A stretch of 64,000 bases of DNA. It comes from Camelus ferus. Lineage: Eukaryota. Location of the stretch: assembly GCF_009834535.1 (NCBI RefSeq), contig NC_045718.1:31868001-31932000 (forward strand). Reading direction: 5' to 3'. Positions 1 to 11,770 of the stretch are shown piece after piece. Position 1 is the first letter of the stretch. Each line of letters begins with the position of its first letter. Made by a program: the position numbers and the translations under genes. The notes under the pieces are model-generated. The model saw only the letters and a program-made list of their open reading frames with translations. It was not told the origin of the DNA and ran no database searches.

Positions 1-3000
1 TGCACGCTGAAGGTGGGGAGCAGCCGGGCCCTTGCCAAATGTGTGTTGTTTGATCACTTTTCCCTGCATTTACTCAGCCAGGCTGGGCATTGATAAATCT
101 GTCAAAGATCTCCTGGGCTCCCTGACTCAACCTCACCCTTGTTCCAGCGGACAGTGGACAGTGGCCACAACTTCCTAGTGTGCCAGGCACAGCCAGTCAG
201 AAGGGAAGCCAGGGGGCAGGGCCCTGGGTGAAGGTCTGTGGTGCTAGATGCTCATCCCTTAATTGTGGGATTGTGGGGAGGTTCCAGGGGGTTCTCAGTG
301 GAGGGGCCCAGGCCAAAGCGAATCACCAAGCATATTTTAACACTCACTATGATCACACCCATGCGTGTCCGCCTGACTGTTACTTCCATCCTAAATGACA
401 TCACAGGATCACCCCCTGGGGCATTATAGCTGAGAGCAGAGCAAGAAGCTTGTAGTTTCTGTTGGCTGAAACAGAGCCATCCCTGCGAGCTTTTTGGGTT
501 TCTTTCTGGGGAGGGAGGGCTTCAGAGGAAGTTGTGTCCTAGAGCTTTCTTTGTTGATTTCCCTGCCTCCGTAAGTTTGGCGTTGCTGAGTGTTGAAATC
601 AAAATAAGCCTGCTTGTCTATTTATGCCCACAGTCTCAGTAGCACGAACACACTGGTTACTGAATCCACACATGTTTGCTTCTCTTTCTGTTTTGTGGGA
701 AAGAAGGCAGAAAACAGACCCAAATCTTCAGTCAAGTCTCAAGTTTCAGGGATCCTGAGCTCTGGATTTGCAGCCCTCCCCTCTTTTCTCCCTTTTCCCC
801 AACTCCTCCTCCATGAGGGGGCCACAGCCTACTGTGTGCTCAGCTCTGTGGGACCCACTCAAGTTGGAGGCATTGTTCCTGCCCTTCAGAAGCTTCCAGA
901 TTCTGGTGGGGAGAGAAAACCAGCACCTGTGAAACAATCCGAGAGCAATGAAGTGTGGAATTATGTAGCACAGTCTGCTAGTTCAAAGGAGACAGCCAGG
1001 GAGGGCTGGAAAAGGCAGAGAGGGCTTCAGAAGAGACTTGATCTTCAGCTGTATTTAGAAACAAGAGTCAGGGGCCGGGTGAGGCAGAGGGAAGGAAGCC
1101 CAGAGGAGAAACTGAAGCTCAGAATGAGCAAAAGCACTCACTGCTCCGAGATGCAGTCCAGATTCCCCTCCTTCCTGACCTCCCACCAGCTTCTGCCCAG
1201 GGCTGTTTTGCATGCCAATCTCTCCTTACATTTGCTCTCCTGCGCCCAGAATGCTGTCTGTTGGGGAATCCTCTACATGTGTGAAGAGGCATCTCAAATG
1301 GCACTTTCTCCAGCAAGACTTCCCTGGCCGGCCCCTCCCCTGGTCCTCAGGCAGAGCTGGGGAGTCCCCCCTTTGCCCTCCTTGCAGGAACATCTACTGA
1401 AACTGGTGTCTGGCACATGGCAGGCATTTGGTAAATGACTCTTGATTGAAGTTCAGCCTTGTATAGGGCGCAGTGAAGCACCTCCTGTACTTGTGGGTTA
1501 AGCACTCTTATTGGGAATTTAAGGTTGGTAGTTTGGTGGCACCAAATTCCAGAGGCCTTGAGGAAATTTAGTTGAATGCAGTGGCAATACTCAAAAACCT
1601 CGGCAGCTGCCTCTGCCTCAGAACAGACTGCAGGGTCCTTCTTGATTTGGCCCCAGGGTAGTCTCTCCAGCCTCAGCCCCTACCAGCTCCCACCTTGAAC
1701 TCACACTTTAACGCTATGGCTATGAGCCACTCGGGCCGCAGGAGACTCCCGGGCCTGAGCTCCTCATTCTCCCTTGACGGTGCTGTTTGACAGCCTCCAC
1801 CCACTGCAGGGAGTGTCCACTGCAGTCCCTTGCTCACCCTTCCCGATCCGTAGGACTGAGTGTCTGTATCCCCAGGTGTAGAGGTCCCTCAAGCTGGGTC
1901 CTAGCATCCTCCTCTGTGTTCCACTGTCCTGCGTGCATGTCTGATCAGTATCACACCCTCTTGTGACAGGAAAGCCCGATCTCATGGGCTCAGAAGAGGC
2001 TAGTGAATGGGCAGTGGGAACGTTGGGCAGAGTCTTTAGACCTCACATCTTAGGAATTTGGCCACAAAAGAAAGAACAGATTCTCTCTCAGCAGGAAGGA
2101 GTTGTCGTGTCACAAGAAGATATTTTTATTTGTTTTATGGTAAGAGATCTGACCACAGTTAACTGCGGGAGGGAAGGAGCCCATTTATGCTAAGGAATCA
2201 GGCTAAATTCCCCTCTTCACATTTATTGCATGTCTTTTAACATCCCTCCCCTTCTAGGTACCAGAGAACTCTCACTGTGTGTAATCTCCAAAATCATGGT
2301 ATTTCTAAATCCAACGGTAGGATGTTGCAACCTCGAAACAGTTGGTTCTCACCTCCCTGACCCGTGGCAAACTTGGCTCAAATACCCCAAACTTGACTTT
2401 CCTTTATAATTGTGCTGGCCAGACGTTTTCTCCTTGACTGCACAAATTCATAACGCCAGTAGTCATAGCAAACAGGGAACAGCATGTACTCTGAGCCAGA
2501 TGCTCTTCTGAGTACCTGTGCGGTGGGTATTGTTATATTCTCATTTTCCCCGTGACAGATCCGAGGCCCGGGGAGCCCACTCAGTGACCCAGCACGGGGC
2601 GCTGAGCCAGGGTTCCACCTGGACGTGGCGGGCATCAGGGTCCGGGCGCTTAAAGCACTGCACTGATTCCAGAGGAGCGGTTCATGCGCCACTCCACGTG
2701 GGTGTCCGTGGGCCCGACACTGCTGCCATATTCCTAGTCTTGGTGCTGCTGACAGCATAACTGATCCAAGGTCACCAGTCATCTGCCTATCCATGCACTG
2801 TGGGTTAGAGTAGCTTTAACAGTCAACAAATAGTTTAATAGTCCACAAATAACCTACCATGTGCAGAGCACCGCAAGGGACCCGGAAATATGAGCGACAC
2901 ATGTCATCTCGTTTAGTCTGCATAACCACTCCGTTTTGGAGAAGGAGCAACTGAGCCAGCATTTGAACTTGGCCATGATGAAGGCAAGATCGCAAACCAC

Positions 3001-5420
3001 ATTCAGATCTGAGTTTCTGTGTTCTGAGGTTCCACCTCATCGTGGTCAGAGACTTAACTGATTCTAGAGAGTTCCAAGGCTAACTTTATTTTCTTTCTCA
3101 ACACACAAAAGGGTTACGAGTGTGAATCAATTATGTGCTCCAGTGTGCAAGAAATACTGCCGCTCTTACTTCCTAGATAGCAGCTTCATATTCGTTTGGA
3201 GCCTTTGTCTCACAGGGCTGGCAAGAACACCACCCCAGGGGTGTGTCACGATTTCCAGACCTTATTCAGTGCCAAGATGCCGGGGCAAGACTCGCCAGTT
3301 TACCACCGAGCACACCGTTGACCCTGCCTCCCTGGTGGTCTCTGCTGCTACTGGACGACACAGCCAAACTCTGGGGTCTTGCCAAAGTCCTGTCCTCCTG
3401 GGACACCCAACCACTCTTCCCTTCCTGTTTCTTCCAAACCTTGGTACTTTGCCCCACCAACCCCCTCCTCTCTGTACCTTCTGGAAAAGCCTCTGGGTCC
3501 CGGCCCTAAGTCCCTGGTTGGGGAGTCAAAGCCAGATGGTTTTGCAAGCTACTTCTGGGTACAGTGCTGCCTCATACCTGCCCTGGGGCAGTGACGTAAG
3601 GACACTGCTAGAGGGTGGAGGTGAGCAAAGGAAGGTGGAAATACAAGGAGGAGGAAAAGTTTTCTTCTCAAAATATTATCTAGCCACAGAAGCAGTCCCC
3701 TCTGGGATTAAATTGTTAGGCAGGAAAAAGTTGACATTTGAGGCCAGGATATATGTGGAACCACTTTATCTATCCATTTCATTGCTACATCAATACCATC
3801 ATTTTTCCATAGAGATTTTCAAGATGGTCTATAACAGATTCACAAACTTGCCGCCAGTGTGGGTGATGGTGTCCTGGTCTTTGATTGCTGTCATGATACT
3901 TAGCACATCTCATTAGATAATTTTAGGGTGTACGGGAGATGAAAATGCTCCCAGTCCAAACTCACCATCATACACATCCAGAAACAGGACAAGGGAAGTT
4001 AAACTTGTCAAGGATGCCCTGGTGATGGCCGAAGGAGGGCTGGAACCCAGGTTTCCCCTCTCCCAGCCCAGTGCTTTGCCGTGATCTCATGCATCTTGGA
4101 AGTAACTACCAACAGTAATTAGGAGCCAAGTTTCTTGCTGACTCCACCCCTTCTCAGAAAGGAACACAGCACCCTGGGGAGCAGAATCTGCCCAGGACGG
4201 ATTCCACACTCCATGAACCTCCCTGGGGACCATGGACACTGGGCACGTGGCAGGAACTTGTGTTTCCAGCAAGGGCATTCCCCAGCCCTGCCTGCCCTGC
4301 TCAGTCCCTGTGATGCTGCCAATAAAATCATCTTTCCTCTCCTGCACCTGGTACGCCTGGAGATGCAGGACCCCCTCCTCCAGGGCTGACTCCCCGCTCC
4401 CTTCCCTCACCTCTCACCAGTTGTTGTCTCCACCAACTGCAGAGTGGACTAGATTTTACCAGCCCAGGGAGGTTTCTCTCGATGACTGTTGAGTATATAG
4501 CACAGACTACAAATCCTTCCCAGGACAGTTCCCAAGTGTTTTGTAATCCCTCTTCACATTTCCATTCTCTGTGTCTAACGGATCATAGTTTAATAAGGTT
4601 TCTCTTCCGCGTGCCTCCCCCCACATACTTCTAATTTACATCATAATCATCCAAATGATTTTTGCTGCTCTTAGCGGATTGTCTGTGTCATTACTTTCTG
4701 GGGATGCAGTATCAGACTTCCCAGCCCTTGGTCTGCTTGGGCATCTTTTCCAGAGATTTGCTTTGCCTGTAAACACTCGGGGTTTAGTTGAGTTGCATCC
4801 AGGGAGGCTGTGGGAGTCTCAGACATTAATTTTCTAATTGAGAATGTTGGTGCTGCCCCACCTGAAGACAGGCAGAAATATTCAGTTCCTCATAAGCTCT
4901 CTCTTCCCAGGGATTTTAGATGTGTCATGCTGGTTGTTAGTTTTTAACAACCATTCAGATGGAATTATTTCTTTCAATCAGATGCTTTAAAACTGTGTGC
5001 TGAAGAGTTTATAATGAGCAGACAGAAGAGAAGCTGTTTTGTACCTAAACCATTTGGGTTGTCAGCACCCTTCAGCATGTCTTCAGGCCATACATGCCTC
5101 TGGAAGCTGCTGTTTTTGTTGTTGTGATTTGGGGGGACCACTACCTGAAGCTATGAAAGACCATAGGGGAATAGGAGTGCACAGAAAGAGAAAAACACCA
5201 AATCACCCCAGCGTGTTGAGAAATTCCGTTTCCTTCTCTCCCAGTTCCCCTTCAGTGGTTTCCAAAAGGAATACATTTCTGATGAGGTGCAGCTGGATAA
5301 ATGATGTCCGTCTACTTAAGCAAGCAAGAAATATTGGAGGATTACGCATCAGTAACTGGGCTCTCAGTGAGGGCGCTGGAGTGTCCTCAGAAGCCTCTGG
5401 GGATGCTTCCCCAGGGAAGT

Positions 5421-5535
5421 AGAAACTATTACTGTTGCGATTGTATAGATGAATAAGCTGGTGCTCAGAGAGGTTAAGCACTTGCTCAAGGTCACACATC
5501 TGTTAAATTGTGGAGCTAGGATTTGACTCCAACTA
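5421..5535 (-). mobile_element. MIR SINE fragment
   Basis: ctcagagaggttaagcacttgctcaaggtcacaca, the MIR core in reverse. Confidence 0.75.
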
Positions 5536-5649
5536 CAAGCTTGGTTGTCATTTTGACCTTTCAAAAACAGCAAAATTGTGTACACCGCAAAGCAGATTCA
5601 GAGCCTCACAGGTGCGTGCAGGGAGGTGGGGGGGAGTAGATAATTTCTT

Positions 5650-5950
5650 CTAAGGTGCGCGCTCGGGAAGAAAAGACAACACAGTCCTGCTTTGAAATTC
5701 AGTCGTGATCTTTCCTCCCTGTGCTTCAGGAACAGCCAGCCTGCCAGGAGCACCTGCGTGCTCTCTAAACGGAAGGAAGCAATAGGGTCTTCTCAGTGGA
5801 ACTCCTCTTGTAGCCGCTGGCGGCCTCCGCACCTCTCAGCCCAGACTCTCCCGCCGCCCCTCTGCGGGCTCCTGCCTCGGTCTCCGCCCATTGTGCGCCC
5901 CCTGCTGGTCTCCAGGAGAAGCGCCCGTCCTGGAGCCAGAGAAATGGTAC
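5650..5950. promoter_or_regulatory. CpG/GC-rich promoter-like segment with GC boxes and a CTCF site
   Basis: Local CpG enrichment, CTCCGCCC near 5882, and GCGCCCCCTGCTGG at 5895-5908. Confidence 0.5.
5895..5908 (-). promoter_or_regulatory. CTCF motif (perfect consensus)
   Basis: Reverse complement CCAGCAGGGGGCGC matches CCASYAGRKGGCRS at 14/14. Confidence 0.75.
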
Positions 5951-6207
5951 CCAAGCTCTCCTGTTTCCTTAGAACGTCCAAGTAGAACGATGTGACCCTC
6001 CCAGCTCCCCTGCCTCAGAAGCCTCAAATAACCCTCTTCGAGCAACCATCCAGTGCTTCAGTCTTCAGGACTGAGAAGAATTGGGGGTGAATTGTGGCCC
6101 TTTTCTCAAAAGTGATCATGCAGCAGCATCCTGGTCACACTTCATTCCCGGGAGATGTGGCAGCCTGAGTGGTGAGCGGTGAGGCAAGAAACATCTCTCT
6201 TAAGTCC

Positions 6208-6369
6208 TTACCACTAAAATCGTGGTCACTGAGCTAGCAGCATCAGTATCACCTGGAGACTTGTTAGAAATGCAGAATCTCAGGTCCTTCCCCAGCCCTG
6301 CTGACTCAGAATGTGCATTTCAGCAAGATCTCCAGGTGATTCATACGCAGGTCACCCTCTGAGGCACTG
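6208..6369 (+). mobile_element. MER5A1-like hAT-Charlie MITE
   Basis: agcagcatcagtatcacctggagacttgttagaaatgcagaatctcagg ... tgcatttcagcaagatctccaggtgattc. Confidence 0.8.
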
Positions 6370-6436
6370 CATCTGTTCAGCAGTGTGCACAATTGTGACT
6401 TTTGGGGGAAAGATCAAAATGAAAGCTAAGTTTGCA

Positions 6437-6540
6437 GCTGGATTCAAATCCCAGCTCCACAATGTGATGGATGTATGACTTTAGGCAAGTGCTTAATCGC
6501 TGAGCAACAGTTTAATCATCTATGAAATGGTGAAAAGCAT
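6437..6540 (+). mobile_element. MIR fragment
   Basis: ggattcaaatcccagctccac ... gactttaggcaagtgcttaa ... tcatctatgaaatgg. Confidence 0.65.
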
Positions 6541-7151
6541 GATATTTCATTCTTAACTTTCAGGACCCATCTCATCCTAAACCTGAGATCCAATGATTAC
6601 CCAGTATCTCTCAACTCAAGCATCGTTTACCTGGTCATACAGCTTAGACATGTCAAACTCTGATGCAAACCTAGCTCTCTTTCCGTAGAAACCTGCAAAC
6701 TCTCTGCTCACTCAGGAGTAGACGGTGGACTGTCCTCATCCTACGTGTGGGTCCCCAGTAACCAAATGACCACAGAAATGTCACAAAAGGGACTTCTGGG
6801 TCCAAGGGAGGCGTGCCTTCACCACCACCATGACTTAATAAGATGGAATGGATTACGAAAGTGTGGCGTTTCCTCCCTGGAGGGACGAGGCAGAAACACC
6901 ACCACCCTCCCCCAGAACTGACTGGCCTGGAGGCTGGGTCTAAGATTTCTCCAAATCCGTTCAGCTCTGTTGTTCCACACACCTCGATTTACAAAAGGGT
7001 CTTGATCTTTTCCCATTAAAATTCCACTTGATCAGAGACACACCTAAAGTTTTAAATTCCTCTGCAGAGAAAATCACTGTGTGGCACAGAAACACATCTA
7101 CGTAATGTTTTTTCTTTCTCCCTCTTAAGTAGCTTTCCTGTTCTCCCTTAG

Positions 7152-7311
7152 GGAAACAAAAGCCCTTTCTCCCGATTCACCAGAAAACACTGACCACCAT
7201 CACCACCATGAGGAGGTGCCTCTAGTCTCAGGAACTGAAGCCTTTCAACAATCCGAGACCCTGTGCCTCTAGAATAAGAGCGTACCAGAAGCCCTTGTGT
7301 GAGGCCTGGAG
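7152..7311 (+). other. TLR5: Candidate 5-prime UTR exon of TLR5
   Basis: Pyrimidine-rich acceptor ctttcctgttctcccttAG (7150-7151) and strong donor GAG|GTGAGT (GT 7312-7313). No transcript evidence. Confidence 0.35.
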
Positions 7312-7719
7312 GTGAGTGCTGCTGGCAGAAACCACTCTCCTTCAGATGTTAATGGGCATTTCAAACCTCATGGGCATTTCAGTAGTGCTGTGTTTCAGGG
7401 TTACCATGGGTACAAAACTAGGTCCCTGCCCTCGAGAGATGGACAGTCTGGAGGAGGCTGATGTAATGAAAATGTCATAAACAGAGTAAGGGAGGGAGAT
7501 AAAGTGCCTGTAGGAATATGTGGATTATTTCACGGAAGAGCTGGCCTCGGGTATCCCGCGAGGGGTGAGTTGGAGTTGGTTAAGCAGATGAGACAAGTAC
7601 AAGGATTCCAAGCCCAGGGACCAGCCGGAGCAGAGAAATTGGATGGAGGCAGCTCTCGGAGAAGGCGAGTTATCCCCGGAGCACAGGCAGGACTGTAGAC
7701 AAAGCAGAAAATAGGTTGT

Positions 7720-8030
7720 CTGGAATTTCCTCCTCTGTCAAATGAGAGGGTTCAGGCGCTCCCAGAATAGATTCTAGTCCACAGGGGAGCAGCAGGAAGT
7801 CTTAGGCCCGGAAGGGTTGGACCGTTGAGGGTGGGAGGAGCTGTTAAAGGCTTCTGATCAGAGCTGTGCTCTGCAGGCCCCCTCCTGGCGCTGAGTGGGA
7901 GACGCATATGTTGGGGTAAGACTTGCTGGGGGCGATCAGCTCAGGGCGGGGGAGGTCACTGCAGTGTCCCGGACAGGAGGCAGGGGCCGTGGAGCTGGGC
8001 AGCGCAGCACAATTGGAAGTGAGGGGAAAT
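7720..8030 (+). promoter_or_regulatory. Immune-type promoter/enhancer candidate (kappaB, ETS, GC box, splice donor)
   Basis: TGGAATTTCC 7721-7730, CAGGAAGT 7793-7800, CCGGAAG 7808-7814, donor GG|GTAAGA (GT 7916-7917), GGGCGGGG near 7944. Confidence 0.4.
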
Positions 8031-10293
8031 GATGCTGGTGGTGGTGTCTGGAGGTCAGCTTCACAGAACTGGCCACCAGTTGCATTGATGTACTTGAAGC
8101 TGCTCCCAGCGGGGGTTAAGGAGGTCAGTCTGACCTCACCCACCTTGTTAGGGTTTAAGAACGTATGCACTGAAGATGGAAATAAAGGTCCGCAACCAAA
8201 GATGAATACGGCGCAGTGTCTGCTTGGTGAGAAGGGGCCCTGCTTTTGGCGGAAATACTACAGATACCCAAGAGGCTATTTCAAGGCGTGTCCAGAAGAG
8301 GAAGAAGGAAGGGGCGAGCTCCCTCTCAGAAGCTGCCGGGATCCTGAGAACTGATGGTGACTCCCAGGTAGGAGGGAAGGGAGCAGGTGAGATGGGGCTG
8401 CTCTGAAGGACCCCGGGCTCCCACCCCCAGACCAGCCCATCCAAGGGACCCAGAGTGCACACAAGCCCTGAGCACCCTGGCAGCTAACCCTGCAGGTGAT
8501 GAAGAGGAAGAAGGACCCAGAGGCAGAACGTGGCAAATTAATTCATCCAGCGGCTGTTTGCTGATGCCCCATGTTCTGATTGCTGGCGATGGGCCAGTGA
8601 ACCAAAGAGAAGGAAACAGCGCCTGCCCTTGGGAATGAAATCCTCATTCACACAAAGGGGCACAGGTGGCCTTTTGAACGACAAACCAAAGAGCTTGACA
8701 GCAATTGTGGACAAGTTCCTAGAAGAGTTCTGGTTGGTGATCTGCAGCTCAGAGGAAAGGCAGAGGGAAGCCTTTTCAAGAATAGCAGGTCTTACCAGAG
8801 TCAGCTCACTCTCACCCTCTCCCACCCTGACGGGATTACCAGCTTCCTGAGAATTCAGCAAGGAACTTGGCCAAATTTCTTATAATATCCGCCGCCACCC
8901 CCATGACACATGTAAGGGAAGTTTCTCCCTGGGCTAGACTTACTAGGCGTGATTTGTATCGAAGCATCCATCATACACACCGAGAGATGCAAACAGACCC
9001 AGTGAGATCCCCAGGCAGCGGCAAGTCAGTAAACGGTTCTCCTGAGGTCGCAGCAGAGCACAGAAACCCAGGGTGCTGATTTGCTTCTTCCTCTTTGGAG
9101 CTCAGCCGTGGTCGTCGGGCTTTGCCCTGTGGTGCTAAACTGTGATGCTCACAGAAGATGCTGAGGACTGTCTTCGCTCAGGCATGTGATGGGTGTGAGG
9201 AGAAGGGTGGGTGGGGAGCACCTTTCCTTTTTGCACGCGTGCCCAGCCCTGGCCTTGGGCACCCAAGTGTGCACAAGTGAGCTGCCCCAGACCCGCCACA
9301 TACTCTTGACCCCAGAGCCACCTCCCAGAGGCACTGCAGGGCACTGCCCCCAGGACTGCCCGTGAGCCCTCCTGTGGACACAGTGAGTCACTGGATGGTT
9401 GCAGCACTGGAAGGTCAAGAGCCAGGCCTTCCTTATCCTAGAAACAGGAAGCAATGTCAACGGCTTCTGAGAAGGCGGAGGCCAGGCAGGAAGGGCGAGG
9501 GAGACTGGCAGAGGTGCGGAATCACTCCCGAGAGGTAGGGGAGAGGGTGACTGTGTGATTGGATCCTACTGCACATCTGGGTGGGCACCAGTGCACAGCA
9601 TCATGGGCTTTTATTTCCGACCAAGTTACAGCCACCGGGTGGAGGGTTGCCGAGGGCAGGCAGCTGGTGTAGACAGATGGGACAGAGGAGCAGGAGGCAT
9701 CTGAGTTGAAGGTGTTGAAGGAGGGTTTGAAGAGAAGGTCCGTGGGGTCTAGAAGGATGGGGAGGTGTTGGGGGGAAGGTTCGAGGGGTGTGAGGAGGCC
9801 ATCGGGGAGTCAGTGTAGTGGAAGGGCGGGCCCAGGAGACCTGGAAGGGGGAAGGTTTTGCTGAGAGCTGGGGAGAACTCAGTATGTCAAAGGGGCCATC
9901 TCGGGAGTGAGGGACTGTGGGGTAAGGTGGACCCTCACATGGGAACTGAAGGGGGCAAGGGGCTGAGAGGCTCACCCTCCCCTGGAAGCCAGGTCCCACA
10001 CCCTTTGTGACTGAGAGCAAGTGACCACAAGATCAGCAGAAGAGTGTGTGGGCAGCCGCACCAGACGCTAGGCTTAGAGGGTAGTGGAGCTATGTGGTCT
10101 TAAGTTACTTAGCTTCTCTGCACCTTCCTTTTCTCACATGTATAATGGGGAAACAACGGTACCTACCAGAGACTGGGAGGCTGAGGGAAGGGAGGAAGCT
10201 CGGAGCCACGTGGGGATGAGGATACAGGCGAAGGTTCTCACTCTATGGTGTTGTGGTTATTATGATGCATTGCTCTCCCTCCAGACTCGAGCC

Positions 10294-10447
10294 CAGTGGT
10301 TCTCAAAAGTGCATCAGAATTGCCCAGAGGGCTTGATAGCTCAGCTTGCCAGCCTCCCGCCACAGAGCTTCTGGCTCAGTCAGGTTGGGCTGGGGCCCCA
10401 GATGGTGCTGATGCTGCTGGTCCTGCGTCCTCACTGGGGCATCACTG
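10294..10447 (-). mobile_element. MER5A hAT MITE, internally deleted
   Basis: Starts cagtggttctcaaa..gtgcatcagaat and ends gatgctgctggtcc..cactg, with both terminal inverted repeats. Confidence 0.8.
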
Positions 10448-11770
10448 CTCTTGAGTCTGTGTGGACCAGGAGACCCTTACAGGTAGGGACTCCCTCCCCA
10501 ACATCCCGTAGCGACCGGCGCATAGCGGGAGCCTCGGCCAGGGAAGAATTACTCTAGGACAAGCACAGATTCTAAATACAGCAGCTGGTCAACTTGAGAA
10601 GAGCTGGCGCTGAGTGAAAAAGAGGTCACTCCAGAAGAGCCTCGAGGTTGTGGTGGTTTATAAAGGAAGCTGGGATTGTCTCTGGGGAGCACCCTCTGAG
10701 GTTCATAGCGATGCCATCAGCCACGTGTTGTATTGGAACTATTGTCAGAAGCAGAACGCTGCTGGGCTGGAAGGACCTTGGCCCTGGCAACGCTGCAGAC
10801 TTCAGAGTCCTCATGTGCTGGCTGGCCCCAATGGGACGCTATGTTCTGCATCTGGAGAACACATTCGCCCTGGGAGGGTGACCTTGTCCACTGGCCTTGA
10901 GCCTTTTTCCAAGGCTGAACTTGAACATACCCACATTTGGACTTCATCTGGGATTTTTATTGCTCTGTGAACCTTGGAGAAACTCTCCCAAGCACCCATT
11001 TGGAAGGGAATTAACTGTTTTTCTCAGACAGCTGTCCTCCATGCCCAATACTACAGCTGCCTGCCAGGTGTGGGCCACCGCCTGCCAGGAGAAATGTCCT
11101 CTCTGCAGCCTGGCGGCCAAGCTCAGAGTCCTGGTTCCTGCCAAAGAGCCCATTATGAGTATTATTTGTTAAGGATCAAGAATTAAATTAGCACACAGCA
11201 GCCCTGGCCCCAGCCAGAGGGATTTGCCGGCTAAATGTGGTGCCCCGGGGAGCAGTGATGCCCCTGAGTGCAGGCTTCCTTCCCCATTTCCAGTGGAGAC
11301 ACCACGGCCTGGAACTCACCCGAGCTGAGGCCAGTGGCTCCACCGTGCCAGCAATTAAGTCAGGAAAGGGAACCCACTCTGCTGACGGCTGGGATTAAAG
11401 CTAAGTGAATTCAACTCCAATGAAAGGGCTGCTGACCTGTCTCCCTCTGGTCTGATTATCTTAATTAACAGTGTTTGGCAGGAGGTTCGAGGCTCCATTG
11501 ATTGTGCTGTTCCTGCCACCCACTCAAGTTCACCTCGACCATAAAAACCCGATACTCAGCAGCCCTCCGAATGTCTTAGCAGCCCTCTTCCTCTAAAAGG
11601 ACTCCAGGGTTTCTGAGTTGGAAGGGATCCTTGGGACCAAGGTTCCTCACAGTGTGGCCTGAGAGCCACTTGCTTCAAAGTACCTGGGATACGGTGATAA
11701 GATGCCCCTTCCCGGCTCCACCAGACCTAGCGAACTCCAGGTGCCAGACTCAGGCAGCGGTGGTGTTGGG

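Noticed and set aside
614-1438. 274-aa ORF
   Set aside because: Non-ATG start, no recognisable domain and no coding-like composition; a chance ORF.
3122-3916. 264-aa ORF
   Set aside because: GTG start and no homology I can recognise.
1-5400. Exons of a neighbouring gene upstream of TLR5
   Set aside because: I recognised no coding exon; only unique non-coding sequence and MIR fragments.
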